Virus record (IMG/VR): IMGVR_UViG_3300034072_000758
Location: 310,001 to 374,000 of that record
Length of the DNA: 64,000 nt
Direction: 5' to 3' (one strand)
A program made the translations under genes and the position numbers. Positions 1 to 10,188 of this stretch are shown here, piece by piece (positions within the stretch are counted from its first letter, which is position 1; the number at the start of each line of letters is the position of its first letter). The notes beneath the pieces are model-generated. The model was given only the letters and a program-made list of their open reading frames with translations. It searched no databases and had not been told where the DNA came from.

Positions 1-1201
1 CACGGCGATAGCGGTCAATTTCCGAAGGCTGACCGATGGCCTTTAAATAGTTGTCCGACAGCTTCACCGCGCTGCGGCCATTGACCGTCTTGAGTTTACA
101 AACGATACTCATGGCCTTCTTGCCAGCGGCACGGAAGTCGTTGGTGAAGTTGGTTCCCCAGCCGAAACCGAGGTTGACACGTTCCGCGAAATAGTCACGA
201 AGTTCAACCATATCCGTTCCGTTCAAAACGTAGGTGTCGTTGTTGTCCGAAACGTCCACGTCCAGCCCATCGGCGAAAATGACAGTCTTTTCCTGCGGAT
301 TGCGGTCATTTTCCAACCACCACTTAATTAATTCTTCGCCAGCCACATAGGCGTCCTTGGAGTCTGGACGAATTGATGGCCAATCCAGAAGATATTCTGG
401 CGCATCCTTGAGGAACTGGCTGGTTCCGTAAGTATCGGGAAGAATGGTACGGCGATCCGGGTACATTTCGCCCCAGAGTTCAGTAACCTTGTAAGGCGAA
501 TGTTTGAGGTCTTCGTCCGTTTCGGCTAATGCGGCTTGCGCCATCGGAAGCTCATGGGCGTTGGTGCCAACGGCTTTCAGGTTATATTTCATGGCAAAAT
601 AAACGTTCGATGTGCCGACGATGACGCCGTAATCCACCGCCATGCGGATCGCGCGGTCTTGCCAAGCGAACGAATGGCGGCGGCGGGTGCCCATATCAGC
701 AAAGACCACCTTGTTTTCTTGAAGGCGTTGAAGCTTCTGATGAAGAATGAACGCCGCGACTTCTTGATCATCATCTTCCTTCGATGGATCGGGATCGACC
801 GAGGCCATTTCATTGATGATAGCAAGAACGTAGATTTCCCAAAGGGTCGTCTGTTCGATAGGACCGGTGAACGTAATTTCGTACTGGCCTTCTTCGGTCT
901 TCGACGGGACAATGGCGAAGCTGACCTTATCAAAGTTGAAGGTCTTGAGCCATTTCAGAAAGTCCTTGTCGAAGTTGCCCTGCGAACCAATGTAGGCGAT
1001 TTCAGCCGGTGTGAACCGGAGATCGTAGAGTGAATTGATTTCGAGGCTCAAATGCTCTATATCGACCAGATCAGCCAGCTTGATTCCTTTGGAACGATTA
1101 GTAACCGCCCAAGTCGAAACCGTGCCACGAAGATGCTTCCAGTGATATTGGAGCATGGTGAACTTGTACAAATCATTGTCTGCGAGTGTCGTGATAATCA
1201 T
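1..1201 (-). CDS. pncB: Nicotinate phosphoribosyltransferase (PncB type), 3' end runs off the window; missing from the ORF track
   Basis: Manual translation from ATG 1201: MIITTLADNDLYKFTMLQ...TTLWEIYVLAIINE...FADMGTRRRHSFAWQ...GTSNVYFAMKYNLKAVGTNAHELPM...LPDTYGT...IRPDS...IFADGLD...FGWGTNFTND...SIVCK...AVKLSDN. These are NAPRTase motifs of the alphaproteobacterial type. Confidence 0.9.
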   Translation of the reverse strand, partial: MIITTLADNDLYKFTMLQYHWKHLRGTVSTWAVTNRSKGIKLADLVDIEHLSLEINSLYDLRFTPAEIAYIGSQGNFDKDFLKWLKTFNFDKVSFAIVPSKTEEGQYEITFTGPIEQTTLWEIYVLAIINEMASVDPDPSKEDDDQEVAAFILHQKLQRLQENKVVFADMGTRRRHSFAWQDRAIRMAVDYGVIVGTSNVYFAMKYNLKAVGTNAHELPMAQAALAETDEDLKHSPYKVTELWGEMYPDRRTILPDTYGTSQFLKDAPEYLLDWPSIRPDSKDAYVAGEELIKWWLENDRNPQEKTVIFADGLDVDVSDNNDTYVLNGTDMVELRDYFAERVNLGFGWGTNFTNDFRAAGKKAMSIVCKLKTVNGRSAVKLSDNYLKAIGQPSEIDRYRR

Positions 1202-1205
1202 GGCC

Positions 1206-2318
1206 TTAGTCCCTCGCCAGATGCTTGTTTTTTTGGATCATCAGATAATGATCCTCGAACATGATGCGGGGATCGACTTCATCCAGAGGAACCCACTTTG
1301 CTTTTTTGGCGTCGTCAGCCGCCTTGATTTTCGGGAGACCGAACGCCTTAATAAGACGCTTGTTGAACGAAGCGTTACTTTCGCCGCGTTCGGGCTTGGG
1401 AGCCGTAGGAACGAGGTGATAGATCGTCGCTTGTGTGATGGTGCGCAGACGGGTAGAGCGATAAGGATTGTCTTCCAGAGACACGCCCTTGATCGCGCCA
1501 CGAAGAACAGCGGTCGGCACGTCGATCTTGGTTTCTTCGATCAGTTCACGCATAGAACCGTCAATGAACGTTTCATTGCGGTTCAAGTGGCCACCCGGAA
1601 GCGCCCACAAATTTTTGCCGGGAAACGATTTACGTTGAACCAGAAGGATATGGCCGGACTGAATGACGATGTTATCCACAGTCACGAAGTTTGGCGGATA
1701 CGGAGACGAATCCCATTGTGCCAGATAGTTCTTCATGAACACGAACTCTTCGTGTTGTTCCTTGTACGCAGCCGTGGACAAAAAGTCCGCCATGTACTGC
1801 GCCGCGCCATCACCGATATGCTCCGCATCGATAAAGCCCGTTTCCAGATACTTGTCGCGCAAGGGCGTGGCGCTCAGACCAATGTTGTTGAGTGGAGAGG
1901 TCCAGCATTCCGCATTGATGCTTTCCCATTGCGGGAACAGTTTCAGATAGAAACTGGTATTGTCCTTCGAGTGGCCGATCAAGGTCACACGCTCGGCGCT
2001 GAACTGGCGATCATCGTCCAGTTTCAGATTGCGCACAGCGGCATTGACATTCTTAGTCCAGTCGGTAAGGGTCGGCTGATCTTCGATATATTCGATGGAT
2101 ACGCGCGGGTCTTCGAAATGAGCCAGCGACTTGCGGATCATCGCAGCGCGTTCATTTTCAAAGAATGGATTGTAGGAATTTCGTGAGCGGTTGGCCGATC
2201 CAACCAGAATGAGAACATGGCGAGCATGTTGAAGTGCTTTGCGCACTACCGACAAATGGCCTTTATGGAAAGGCTGGAACCTGCCGATGAACACGGCAAG
2301 ATCATAATCGTAGTTCAT
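1206..2318 (-). CDS. nadM: Bifunctional NMN/NaMN adenylyltransferase - ADP-ribose pyrophosphatase (NadM-Nudix)
   Basis: GRFQPFHKGH (HxGH), VGSAN, NPF, SATPLR; C-terminal Nudix box WALPGG...RELIEET; GGAGG SD before ATG 2318. Confidence 0.93.
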   Translation of the reverse strand: MNYDYDLAVFIGRFQPFHKGHLSVVRKALQHARHVLILVGSANRSRNSYNPFFENERAAMIRKSLAHFEDPRVSIEYIEDQPTLTDWTKNVNAAVRNLKLDDDRQFSAERVTLIGHSKDNTSFYLKLFPQWESINAECWTSPLNNIGLSATPLRDKYLETGFIDAEHIGDGAAQYMADFLSTAAYKEQHEEFVFMKNYLAQWDSSPYPPNFVTVDNIVIQSGHILLVQRKSFPGKNLWALPGGHLNRNETFIDGSMRELIEETKIDVPTAVLRGAIKGVSLEDNPYRSTRLRTITQATIYHLVPTAPKPERGESNASFNKRLIKAFGLPKIKAADDAKKAKWVPLDEVDPRIMFEDHYLMIQKNKHLARD

Positions 2319-2363
2319 ATTGACCTCCAATATGATATGTGAACTGCGGGTCTATCCCGAATC

Positions 2364-2394
2364 TATTTATATTAGGATCGACTTTACCTGTCAA
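2364..2394 (-). promoter_or_regulatory. Composite sigma70 (TTGACA-N17-TATAAA) and T4-type late (TATAAATA) promoter of nadM-pncB
   Basis: Minus strand TTGACA 2394-2389, 17 nt spacer, TATAAATA 2371-2364. Confidence 0.7.
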
Positions 2395-2402
2395 TTTTTA
2401 TT

Positions 2403-2594
2403 TTAGACAAAATCAATTTCTAATGCAGCTTTACGAAGATCGCCATAATGAAGCTGAGATTTTTGAAGAGTTACCGGATCACGGCAAATGCGTTTACCAA
2501 TATCCAGCCGATGAAGAGAGGCTGATACACCTAAGTCTTTTATGACTTTGTAGGTCGCGTAACCGTTGTTGACGACATCACCTTTAGCATACAT
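2403..2594 (-). CDS. Hypothetical protein
   Basis: ORF with GGAGAG SD. Confidence 0.6.
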   Translation of the reverse strand: MYAKGDVVNNGYATYKVIKDLGVSASLHRLDIGKRICRDPVTLQKSQLHYGDLRKAALEIDFV

Positions 2595-2678
2595 CGTAAT
2601 CTCTCCATTATTACTGAAAAAAATTAGGGATACGCTACTAGATTTACTTTCTACCCTATAGTGGTTAACGAAGGGTTA

Positions 2679-3065
2679 CTATAGACCGACTTTCTCAAAA
2701 AATTCATCGACCGTAAAGACATCCGGGGTCAAGAACCCATAATCATACTGATATATGTCCGAGATCGAAATTTTGTTGACGCCGATGGTCAGCTTTTCGG
2801 TCTTATTCAGATCGTCCATCTGTTCCATCAATGGTTTGATTTCAGCCTTATGATAATCGCGTTGTTTATCGGGGCGATTGATAGAGGCAAACACCTTAGC
2901 ACGATCATTTATCTGCGCTTGAAGTTCGGAGCGGCGATCATTCCAATAATGAAACGCTATTTCGAGATCGGCCAGAAATTGCGCCTTGTCGGCATACTCA
3001 ATCGGAAACACGTTAGTGTATCCAAAATCGTAGTCCGATTTGTGAACTCTCATGATAAGGCGCAT
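2679..3065 (-). CDS. Hypothetical protein
   Basis: ORF; start moved to ATG 3065 (GGAGA SD) to avoid overlapping tdk. Confidence 0.65.
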   Translation of the reverse strand: MRLIMRVHKSDYDFGYTNVFPIEYADKAQFLADLEIAFHYWNDRRSELQAQINDRAKVFASINRPDKQRDYHKAEIKPLMEQMDDLNKTEKLTIGVNKISISDIYQYDYGFLTPDVFTVDEFFEKVGL

Positions 3066-3120
3066 AAAAAATCTCCGTACATTTTCATATACGGAGACTA
3101 TAACATAGTATTGATAGTCG

Positions 3121-3666
3121 TCAAGCTGACCAGTGTTTATTACATCTGGGTTCGTAAATGTCAGAATGACCAAGCTCGATCTCTTTATCGTCCTTGTATT
3201 TCTTAAACGTTTTGTGCGCAGGTTGGCCGCATACTGAACAAATAGCTTTCAATTTTACGACTTCATCAGCCATTGCCATAAGTGTTGCCGTCAGTTCGAA
3301 GGCTTCACCCTTCCAATTAGCATCCAAACCCGTGACTACGACTTCTTTCCCGGCCTTTAGTAGACTCGCTATAAAGTCGATAACGCTGATTTCCATATTG
3401 GAGAAAAATTGAATTTCATCCAAACACACCATTTCCGCATCTGGAACTAGATTTTCCACTTCGGAGAATGATGAAATTGACATCGAGTCAACGGAAAGAC
3501 CATCGTGGCTTGTGATTTTTGACTCGGAGTAGCGATTGTCGAAGGCGGTCTTGAGGACCAAAACCGCTTTTGATTCGCCGTTTCTCGCCCATAAAATGCG
3601 CTTTAGAAGCTCGGTAGTCTTTCCGGCGAACATAGGGCCACAGATTACAGTGAGTTTTCCGTACAT
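3121..3666 (-). CDS. tdk: Thymidine kinase (type II)
   Basis: GPMFAGKTTELL P-loop, DEIQFF, GLD, CSVCG and YEPRC zinc motifs. Confidence 0.95.
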   Translation of the reverse strand: MYGKLTVICGPMFAGKTTELLKRILWARNGESKAVLVLKTAFDNRYSESKITSHDGLSVDSMSISSFSEVENLVPDAEMVCLDEIQFFSNMEISVIDFIASLLKAGKEVVVTGLDANWKGEAFELTATLMAMADEVVKLKAICSVCGQPAHKTFKKYKDDKEIELGHSDIYEPRCNKHWSA

Positions 3667-3669
3667 GAT

Positions 3670-4038
3670 TTACACCGCCGTATAAGTAACGATGGTATCT
3701 TCGGCCTTCGTTTCTACTTGCGGGTTCAATCTGTTCCATTCTTGGAGCGTTTCTTCAATCTGTGTGGCATACTTCTTGAAGTAATGTTCCAGAACATCGG
3801 TATCGGAATTGGTCGAGAAGCCATTCTTCACAATCTTCTTGTTCAAAAGATCAATGATAATGTTGCTATTAAGCAGTTGCTTGTCATTGATGCGATCAAC
3901 CACGACCGGATTTTCAAGAACTTCCCAATTCGTGTCTTGTTTCGACCAACCTTTAACCTCAGTTTTGGCACCACTGCGGGGTGTTTGGATTAGGGTGATT
4001 GTCAAAAATGGACGATTTCTAAGATAATTTTGCGACAT
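3670..4038 (-). CDS. Hypothetical protein
   Basis: ORF with AGGAG SD, adjacent to tdk. Confidence 0.7.
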   Translation of the reverse strand: MSQNYLRNRPFLTITLIQTPRSGAKTEVKGWSKQDTNWEVLENPVVVDRINDKQLLNSNIIIDLLNKKIVKNGFSTNSDTDVLEHYFKKYATQIEETLQEWNRLNPQVETKAEDTIVTYTAV

Positions 4039-4288
4039 AATGTGCTCCTATAGTTTATTAACTATAAAGTATTCTTTTCAAATATTCAATTTTATTTTAA
4101 ATAAACGCTTCATTCTAATTGTATGATTTGCTTACAATTTTTTTATGACATTTACTATTTTATAACCTGTCTTTCTTATCAAAATATGTTATGTTGTGTT
4201 CAAGGACAAACCGCCCCATGACATTGGTTATGTCTTTCGAACTCAACTCAACATCTTCGTCCACTATACCAGATTAAGGTTACTCCAA

Positions 4289-4900
4289 ATGAACCAGTCT
4301 CAAGCTCAGGCCCCCGCGTTCCACGAATCCGATTTGAAAAATATCTCGGATATGATTTCCTCCTTTGTGGGAAATAACAAAGTTGCTGTTTCGGAACTTC
4401 CGAATACACTTTCTCACATCATCAACACGTACAACAATATCCGGCTGACCGGCGTGTCGATCAATGAGGCCGACTCTGCGGTATCAGCAACAGCCGTCAC
4501 AGATGAACCCCGCACTCCGGTCGTTCCGGTCAATAAGTCGGTCAAACAAGACTACATCATCTGTCTGCTGGATGGCGGTCGCTTCAAGTCCCTCAAGAAG
4601 CACCTCAAGACCAAGTATAATCTGACACCCCAGCAATACCGTGAAATGTTCGGCCTCAAGGCAGACTATCCGATGGTCGCCCCCAGCTACTCATTGGCTC
4701 GTTCGGCACTGGCTAAGGCAAGCGGTCTGGGGCGCACCACACACGAACGTCTCGGCAAGAACAGTGGACGCAAGGTAGCGGCTTCTGCGACTACCAAGCG
4801 GACCACGAAGGCAGCTTCCCCGGTTCAAGCCAAGACTACCTCTGCTAAGACTACGGCCAAGGCCGCTCCTGCTACCAAGCGTGGCAAAAAGGCGGCTTAA
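4289..4900 (+). CDS. mucR: MucR/Ros family regulator with Lys/Ala/Thr-rich C-terminal tail
   Basis: SSFVGNNKV..ELP..I, PVVPVNKSV, ICLLDGGRFKSLKKHL...LTPQQYREMFGLKADYPMVAPSYS..RS.LAKASGLG. Confidence 0.92.
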   Translation: MNQSQAQAPAFHESDLKNISDMISSFVGNNKVAVSELPNTLSHIINTYNNIRLTGVSINEADSAVSATAVTDEPRTPVVPVNKSVKQDYIICLLDGGRFKSLKKHLKTKYNLTPQQYREMFGLKADYPMVAPSYSLARSALAKASGLGRTTHERLGKNSGRKVAASATTKRTTKAASPVQAKTTSAKTTAKAAPATKRGKKAA

Positions 4901-4910
4901 GTCTGTCATG

Positions 4911-4939
4911 AAAAGCGGGGTTAACTACCCCGCTTTTTT
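4911..4939 (+). terminator. Intrinsic terminator
   Basis: AAAAGCGGGG-TTAACTA-CCCCGCTTTTTT. Confidence 0.85.
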
Positions 4940-4975
4940 ATTGACTATTTCTATAGCTTGATCTATTTTCGTTGA

Positions 4976-5629
4976 ATGTATTCTATCAGAGTTCGCACAC
5001 GCAAGCACGAGGCATATTTTACCACGCGCTATGTGTACAAAAAAATCTGCGGTGTATACTACTCGTTTCGCTCAAAGCCAGTCTTTAATAAAACCAAGTT
5101 CGAGATCGTCCGGCTGGAAGAAGCCCAAGAGATCATGAACCGGTATTATACGATGAAGTATCTAAGCCCATATACGACCGGGCGTAGCTTCGATTTTAAA
5201 ACCCCCACGTTCGATACCATAATCGTCACTAATTTCGAACACCAATATCCTGATTTGGACATCTATTGCGGCGACAGAAAAATTCCATACGAACCACAAA
5301 TCGTTCTCAATTTGGTCCTTGAGCGATGGGTGGAAACAGCGATCACCTATGATGGTAACTTTATGCGGTTTCTGAAAGAGTGCGACATAAAACCAAACGA
5401 ACGGTTTTTATGTTTCTCGGTATCGCGTAAAGCTAAACAGTTCGTGGGTAAACCAAACACTTGGGTCACCCCTGCGACAGAAGATGAATTAGCTCTTATT
5501 CGATTGGTAGATCGAAAGCTGACCTTCTTGGATTTCAAGGAAATCATCACAGAAATGAAGCCGGTTCGGCGAGGCAAATACCGAACAGTCACCAAAAAGA
5601 TACTCGGAAATTATACCAAAACAATTTGA
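4976..5629 (+). CDS. Hypothetical protein
   Basis: 217 aa ORF downstream of a TTGACT box. Confidence 0.7.
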   Translation: MYSIRVRTRKHEAYFTTRYVYKKICGVYYSFRSKPVFNKTKFEIVRLEEAQEIMNRYYTMKYLSPYTTGRSFDFKTPTFDTIIVTNFEHQYPDLDIYCGDRKIPYEPQIVLNLVLERWVETAITYDGNFMRFLKECDIKPNERFLCFSVSRKAKQFVGKPNTWVTPATEDELALIRLVDRKLTFLDFKEIITEMKPVRRGKYRTVTKKILGNYTKTI

Positions 5630-5664
5630 TAAAACACCGAGTTTAATGCCGCCTAAATACATAC

Positions 5665-8367
5665 ATGGCGGAAATATCTGATCAACAATTAGGTGACTTA
5701 ATTACGGGCTTGAACAGGCACACGGGTGCTATGAACAAGCTTACGACAAAGCTTGGCAACACAGAGGTTGAGTTCAAGTCGAAGAGTTCTGCCCTTAAGC
5801 ATATTCAAAGAGACCTGAAAGACACTAGCGAGAAGCAAGTTTCTGCGACCCGCAAAATGTACAACAGCATGAAAGACGTAAACTTCGGTCTCGAAGGGCT
5901 GTCTTCTATGTTGGTTAAAGCCGGTGGCTTCGGCCTCGTCTTGGGTGAATTGGTCAATTGGGGTAAGGAAGCCACACAATCGTTCCGCGAGCTTTCCGAT
6001 GTAGGTATGAACTTCGGCGGAAGTATGGCGGTTATGCAAACCGCCGCTGCTTCGGCTGGTCTTCCTCTTCAACAATTCTCCAAGCATTTGGTAGAAAATA
6101 ATAAGGTCATTGGTCGCATTGGCGTAAAAGGCTTCTCCGACATTCAAAAGCAATTCCGTGGACTGGCTGAAAAGTCCGGTATGTACGGTATGTCTCTTGA
6201 CCAGTTGATTTCGTTCCAAGGGGATTATCTGGAAACGATGCGTCTGTCTGGCGGTTTGGAGCGCGTGAACGCTCAACGTCAGGCTCAAAATATCAATGAG
6301 TTTGCTGCTTCGGTTTCGGCTATGGCTGGGATCACAAACAAGTCTCGTAAAGAGATTATGGAAGCTACCAATGCCGCCCTGCGTGACAGCACCGTAAATG
6401 CCGCTATGCGCCTGAACGCGGCTAAGGGGATGGGCGAGTATAACACTGCCATTAGAAGCGCTGTGGCCGATCTGGCGGCTCAACAAGGTGTAGCTGGTCA
6501 ACTTCTCTCCAAAGGGTTGGCGGACACATTCAGCCATTTCGGTCAGGCTCAATTGACCGAGTATGGTAAGATGATGGTCAATGCGGGTGTTGGTCCCGGC
6601 GTCGAGATCATGAATGAGGCTGCGCGTCGTATTGAAGCTGGGGCGGATGCTCATGATGTGGCTATGGATGTCACCAATCAGTTGAAGGACTTGCTTGATA
6701 ATCCGGCCTATCTCCAATCTCTTCAATTACAAGCGGCTGCGGGTAATGATGCGGCCAAGCAAGTGCTCGCCATGTCTGAGCAAATGCAAAAGTACACGGC
6801 GGCGGATCGTGCCAAGCAATTGAAGGAAAAGAAGCAAGCCGACATCATGACCGGTTTCTTCACAGCCTTTGAGTCCATCAAGAACACCATTTTCGGATCA
6901 TTTATCGAAGGCGTCCTTGCGCCGTGGATCGACAACATGGGTAAGTTCGATTCAGCTAAATTTATCGAGAGCTTCCAAGAAATCGCGCCGATGGTTGGAA
7001 AATTCGGGAAAAGTATCGGCGAACTGATCAAGAGCTTTATCGGAACTCCGGGGAAACTCGAAGCAACCGTGAATGTGGTTCTTGGGGCAATCAATGGCAT
7101 CATGGTCATGGCCAAGGGAATTGGGGCCATTGCTGGTGGGTTTATTAATGCCATTTCAGCGGTGAATAATACGCTTACCGCGATCACAGGTGATAATGGT
7201 TTGGGAGCTATCTTGACGACCATTTCAACCTTTGCTGCGCTCTGGGGCGGTAAGAAGCTCATAGATATGGCCGTAAACGGCGTCCAGAAATTCTTCGGCT
7301 TCGAGAAAAAAGATGTCACTATTATGGGTGGCGAAATCACCATCAACGGCGCGGACATGGTTGGTGATGCTATGGACGAAATCACCGGGGGTAGACGTGG
7401 GCGCAGAGGCCGTGGTGGGCGACGTGGGCGAGGGTTGGCCAATAGAGCCAAGCGTTTGTTCAACATGGGTGGAGGTGGTGCTAAAGCCGCCGCTGCGGCT
7501 GGTAAAGTCGGACAAATCAGAGAACTACTGAAAAGCGCTCCACATTTGGCCAACGATCCACGTTTCGCCAAAATTGCTCAATCTGTTGGTATGGGAATAG
7601 ACGATCTCGCTCCGACCGCCGCTAAGGCAACCGGTTTGATAGGAAAAATCATGCCCGTAATCAACGATAGTGGTATTGCGAAGTCTCTTTCAAAAAAGCT
7701 TCCATTCATCGGTACGGCCATTTCTACAGCAATGGCCGCTGGTAGCGCTATGGACATCTATAACCAGATGAAGGCTGGAAAGATCAGCCCTGAGCAAGCT
7801 AAGAAAGGTCTCACGAAGCTTGGTGGTAGCGTAGCTGGTACGGCGGCGGGTACGGCTATCGGGGCAGCTATTGGAACACTCATCCCTATCCCGGTCGTTG
7901 GAACCCTCTTGGGAGGGGCCGTGGGTGGTTGGCTGGGCGGTATGGCCGGGGAGGCTATTGCTGGTAAGGGCTTCGACATTGCCTCAAAAATGAAGATGCC
8001 GGGTGTTGGCGCTATGCTGGGTATGGGCGCGGGCGCTATGATACCGGGTGGAATGGCTATTGGTGGTATGGTTGGTGCGAAGTTCGATAGTGACCGTGCT
8101 AAAAAGGCTGCTATGGGGACCGCTGGTGGTGTTGCTGCTGCGGGTGCTGCTGGGGCGGCGGCTTCAAAGTTGACAGAAACGAAAGTCACTGAACCAGTCA
8201 AGAAAGAAGCTGCGGCCCCTCTACAATCGGCTAATAATGGCGATCTACGAGCGTTGACAGATGAAATGCGTCGTGTTGGTGATTTGCTAGAACAACTTAT
8301 CAGAACCGAAGGTATTATTGGTCGAGAACAAATTCAGGAATTGAAAAAACTCCGTCCGGCGCAGTAA
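5665..8367 (+). CDS. Tape-measure-like virion protein
   Basis: 900 aa, helical Ala/Gly-rich, hydrophobic segments, RG-rich patch, glycine zipper; late promoter; directly upstream of portal. Confidence 0.6.
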   Translation: MAEISDQQLGDLITGLNRHTGAMNKLTTKLGNTEVEFKSKSSALKHIQRDLKDTSEKQVSATRKMYNSMKDVNFGLEGLSSMLVKAGGFGLVLGELVNWGKEATQSFRELSDVGMNFGGSMAVMQTAAASAGLPLQQFSKHLVENNKVIGRIGVKGFSDIQKQFRGLAEKSGMYGMSLDQLISFQGDYLETMRLSGGLERVNAQRQAQNINEFAASVSAMAGITNKSRKEIMEATNAALRDSTVNAAMRLNAAKGMGEYNTAIRSAVADLAAQQGVAGQLLSKGLADTFSHFGQAQLTEYGKMMVNAGVGPGVEIMNEAARRIEAGADAHDVAMDVTNQLKDLLDNPAYLQSLQLQAAAGNDAAKQVLAMSEQMQKYTAADRAKQLKEKKQADIMTGFFTAFESIKNTIFGSFIEGVLAPWIDNMGKFDSAKFIESFQEIAPMVGKFGKSIGELIKSFIGTPGKLEATVNVVLGAINGIMVMAKGIGAIAGGFINAISAVNNTLTAITGDNGLGAILTTISTFAALWGGKKLIDMAVNGVQKFFGFEKKDVTIMGGEITINGADMVGDAMDEITGGRRGRRGRGGRRGRGLANRAKRLFNMGGGGAKAAAAAGKVGQIRELLKSAPHLANDPRFAKIAQSVGMGIDDLAPTAAKATGLIGKIMPVINDSGIAKSLSKKLPFIGTAISTAMAAGSAMDIYNQMKAGKISPEQAKKGLTKLGGSVAGTAAGTAIGAAIGTLIPIPVVGTLLGGAVGGWLGGMAGEAIAGKGFDIASKMKMPGVGAMLGMGAGAMIPGGMAIGGMVGAKFDSDRAKKAAMGTAGGVAAAGAAGAAASKLTETKVTEPVKKEAAAPLQSANNGDLRALTDEMRRVGDLLEQLIRTEGIIGREQIQELKKLRPAQ

Positions 8368-8419
8368 AGCCCGCTTATAATGCTAAATATATAGCAAAAG
8401 CAGGGAATACATTACACAC

Positions 8420-10186
8420 ATGAGTTGGAAAAAATATTTCAAAACCACAAAACCTGTATACTCAAATGACTTCGATGCTTATAGTAGCGCGGGTGGTGTC
8501 TCTGTTGGCAAAAGAGATAGTCGCTTAAGTGAAGCTTATTCGGGGCACCCAAGCCGTATTCAAAGATACTATCAGTATTCGGATATGGACAAAGACTCGG
8601 ACATTTCGGCTATTCTGGACTTGATTGCGGATTTCTGTACACAATCTATCGATCAACATAACAACCCATTCCACATCAATTATATCGATGACGTGAATGA
8701 AACCGAAATGAAAATCCTCAACAATGCGATTAAGCGCTGGATCAACATGAACCAGTTCACGTCGAAACTTTGGTATATTTTCCGCCAAACACTTCTCAAT
8801 GGCGATCAGTTCTTCATTTCCGACAAGGAAACGGGCGAATGGATTTGGCTTGAGCATTACGCGGTTGAAATGGTGAAAATGGATGAAACCAAGAAGCCAC
8901 TCGAATATGTGTGTAAAGGTCTGGATATTAATCTAGCTGATAAGTATGCCATCGAAGCGTCCGGGGATAACAATTATCGGACAAAATATGGTATCCCGGT
9001 AAACAGCAATCGTCCGAATGAAAATTCTTATACTAGCTCAAGTTTCTCGCTGGCCGGTGATAATTTCGATCATAGAAACATCATTCGTAACACGACACAA
9101 AAATCCATCATCAATGCTGATGATATTGTTCACTTATCGCTATCTGTAGGGATGGATGTGAACTGGCCGTTCGGTAAGTCTATTCTCGATCCGATCTTCA
9201 AGACCTTCCGCCAAAAGCAATTGATGGAAGACTCCATCGTTTTGTATCGTATTCAGCGCGCGCCTGAGCGTCGTATCTTCTACATTGATACTGGTTCTAT
9301 GAACTTGGCTCAGGCCGAAGCTTATTTGGAAAAGGTCAAGGCTCAAATTCACCAAAGAAAAATTCCGTCCAAGAATAACCTTGGCCAATCAATGATCGAC
9401 GCAGTATATGATCCACTGTCAATCAACGACGATTATTTTTTCGCGCAAGGCCAAGAAGGTCGCGGCTCTAAGGTTGAGACCCTTCCGGGTGGTGACAATC
9501 TCGGTGAAATTGGCGACTTGTCCTATTTCGTAAAGAAGCTGGTTCGTGGTTTGTCGATCCCACCGGGATATATTTCATTCGGCGATGATTCTATTCAAAC
9601 CGTATTCAATGACGGTAAGGTAGGCACTGCGCTCATTCACGAATATCGTTTCAATAAGTTCTGTATGAGACTTCAAGCTCTCTTGGTCCCAGCTTTTGAT
9701 GCTGATTTCAAGAAATATTTAAAGAAGTCGGGCTTCAATATCGATGAAACGATATTCGAGCTTCAATTCCACCCACCACAAAACTTCACAGCGTACAAAG
9801 AACTCGATCTGGATTCGGCTCGTATCCAGAATTATTCGGCGGTCGCCGATAACAAGAAGATTTCGGAACGCTTTAAGCTCAAGAAATATCTGGGTTGGAC
9901 CGATGAAGAAATTCTTGAGAACGAAAAGATGTGGCGTGAGGAAAATCCAGAAGCCGTTAAGAATGCCATCGGAACAACCTCGGCGGAAACCGAAGATGAT
10001 ACCGGTCTGTCTTCTATCGGATCACGTGTTGACATGGGTGGTATGGACGATATGCCTGAACCAGAAGAAGACCTCGGTGACGAAGAAGATGTTGGCGGTG
10101 ACGATATAACATCGGACATTGGCGATATTCAAAATAGCTTAAATACAGGAGCGGGCGGTGGTGGAGCCGCGCCGACAGGTAATTAA
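8420..10186 (+). CDS. Portal vertex protein (T4 gp20-like)
   Basis: QLMEDSIVLYRIQRAPERRIFYIDTG, DDYFF, GRGSKVETLPGG. Confidence 0.95.
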   Translation: MSWKKYFKTTKPVYSNDFDAYSSAGGVSVGKRDSRLSEAYSGHPSRIQRYYQYSDMDKDSDISAILDLIADFCTQSIDQHNNPFHINYIDDVNETEMKILNNAIKRWINMNQFTSKLWYIFRQTLLNGDQFFISDKETGEWIWLEHYAVEMVKMDETKKPLEYVCKGLDINLADKYAIEASGDNNYRTKYGIPVNSNRPNENSYTSSSFSLAGDNFDHRNIIRNTTQKSIINADDIVHLSLSVGMDVNWPFGKSILDPIFKTFRQKQLMEDSIVLYRIQRAPERRIFYIDTGSMNLAQAEAYLEKVKAQIHQRKIPSKNNLGQSMIDAVYDPLSINDDYFFAQGQEGRGSKVETLPGGDNLGEIGDLSYFVKKLVRGLSIPPGYISFGDDSIQTVFNDGKVGTALIHEYRFNKFCMRLQALLVPAFDADFKKYLKKSGFNIDETIFELQFHPPQNFTAYKELDLDSARIQNYSAVADNKKISERFKLKKYLGWTDEEILENEKMWREENPEAVKNAIGTTSAETEDDTGLSSIGSRVDMGGMDDMPEPEEDLGDEEDVGGDDITSDIGDIQNSLNTGAGGGGAAPTGN

Positions 10187-10188
10187 TT

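Noticed and set aside
536-2186. Plus-strand ORFs 536..1033 and 1155..2186
   Set aside because: Antisense shadows of pncB and nadM; no recognisable motifs.
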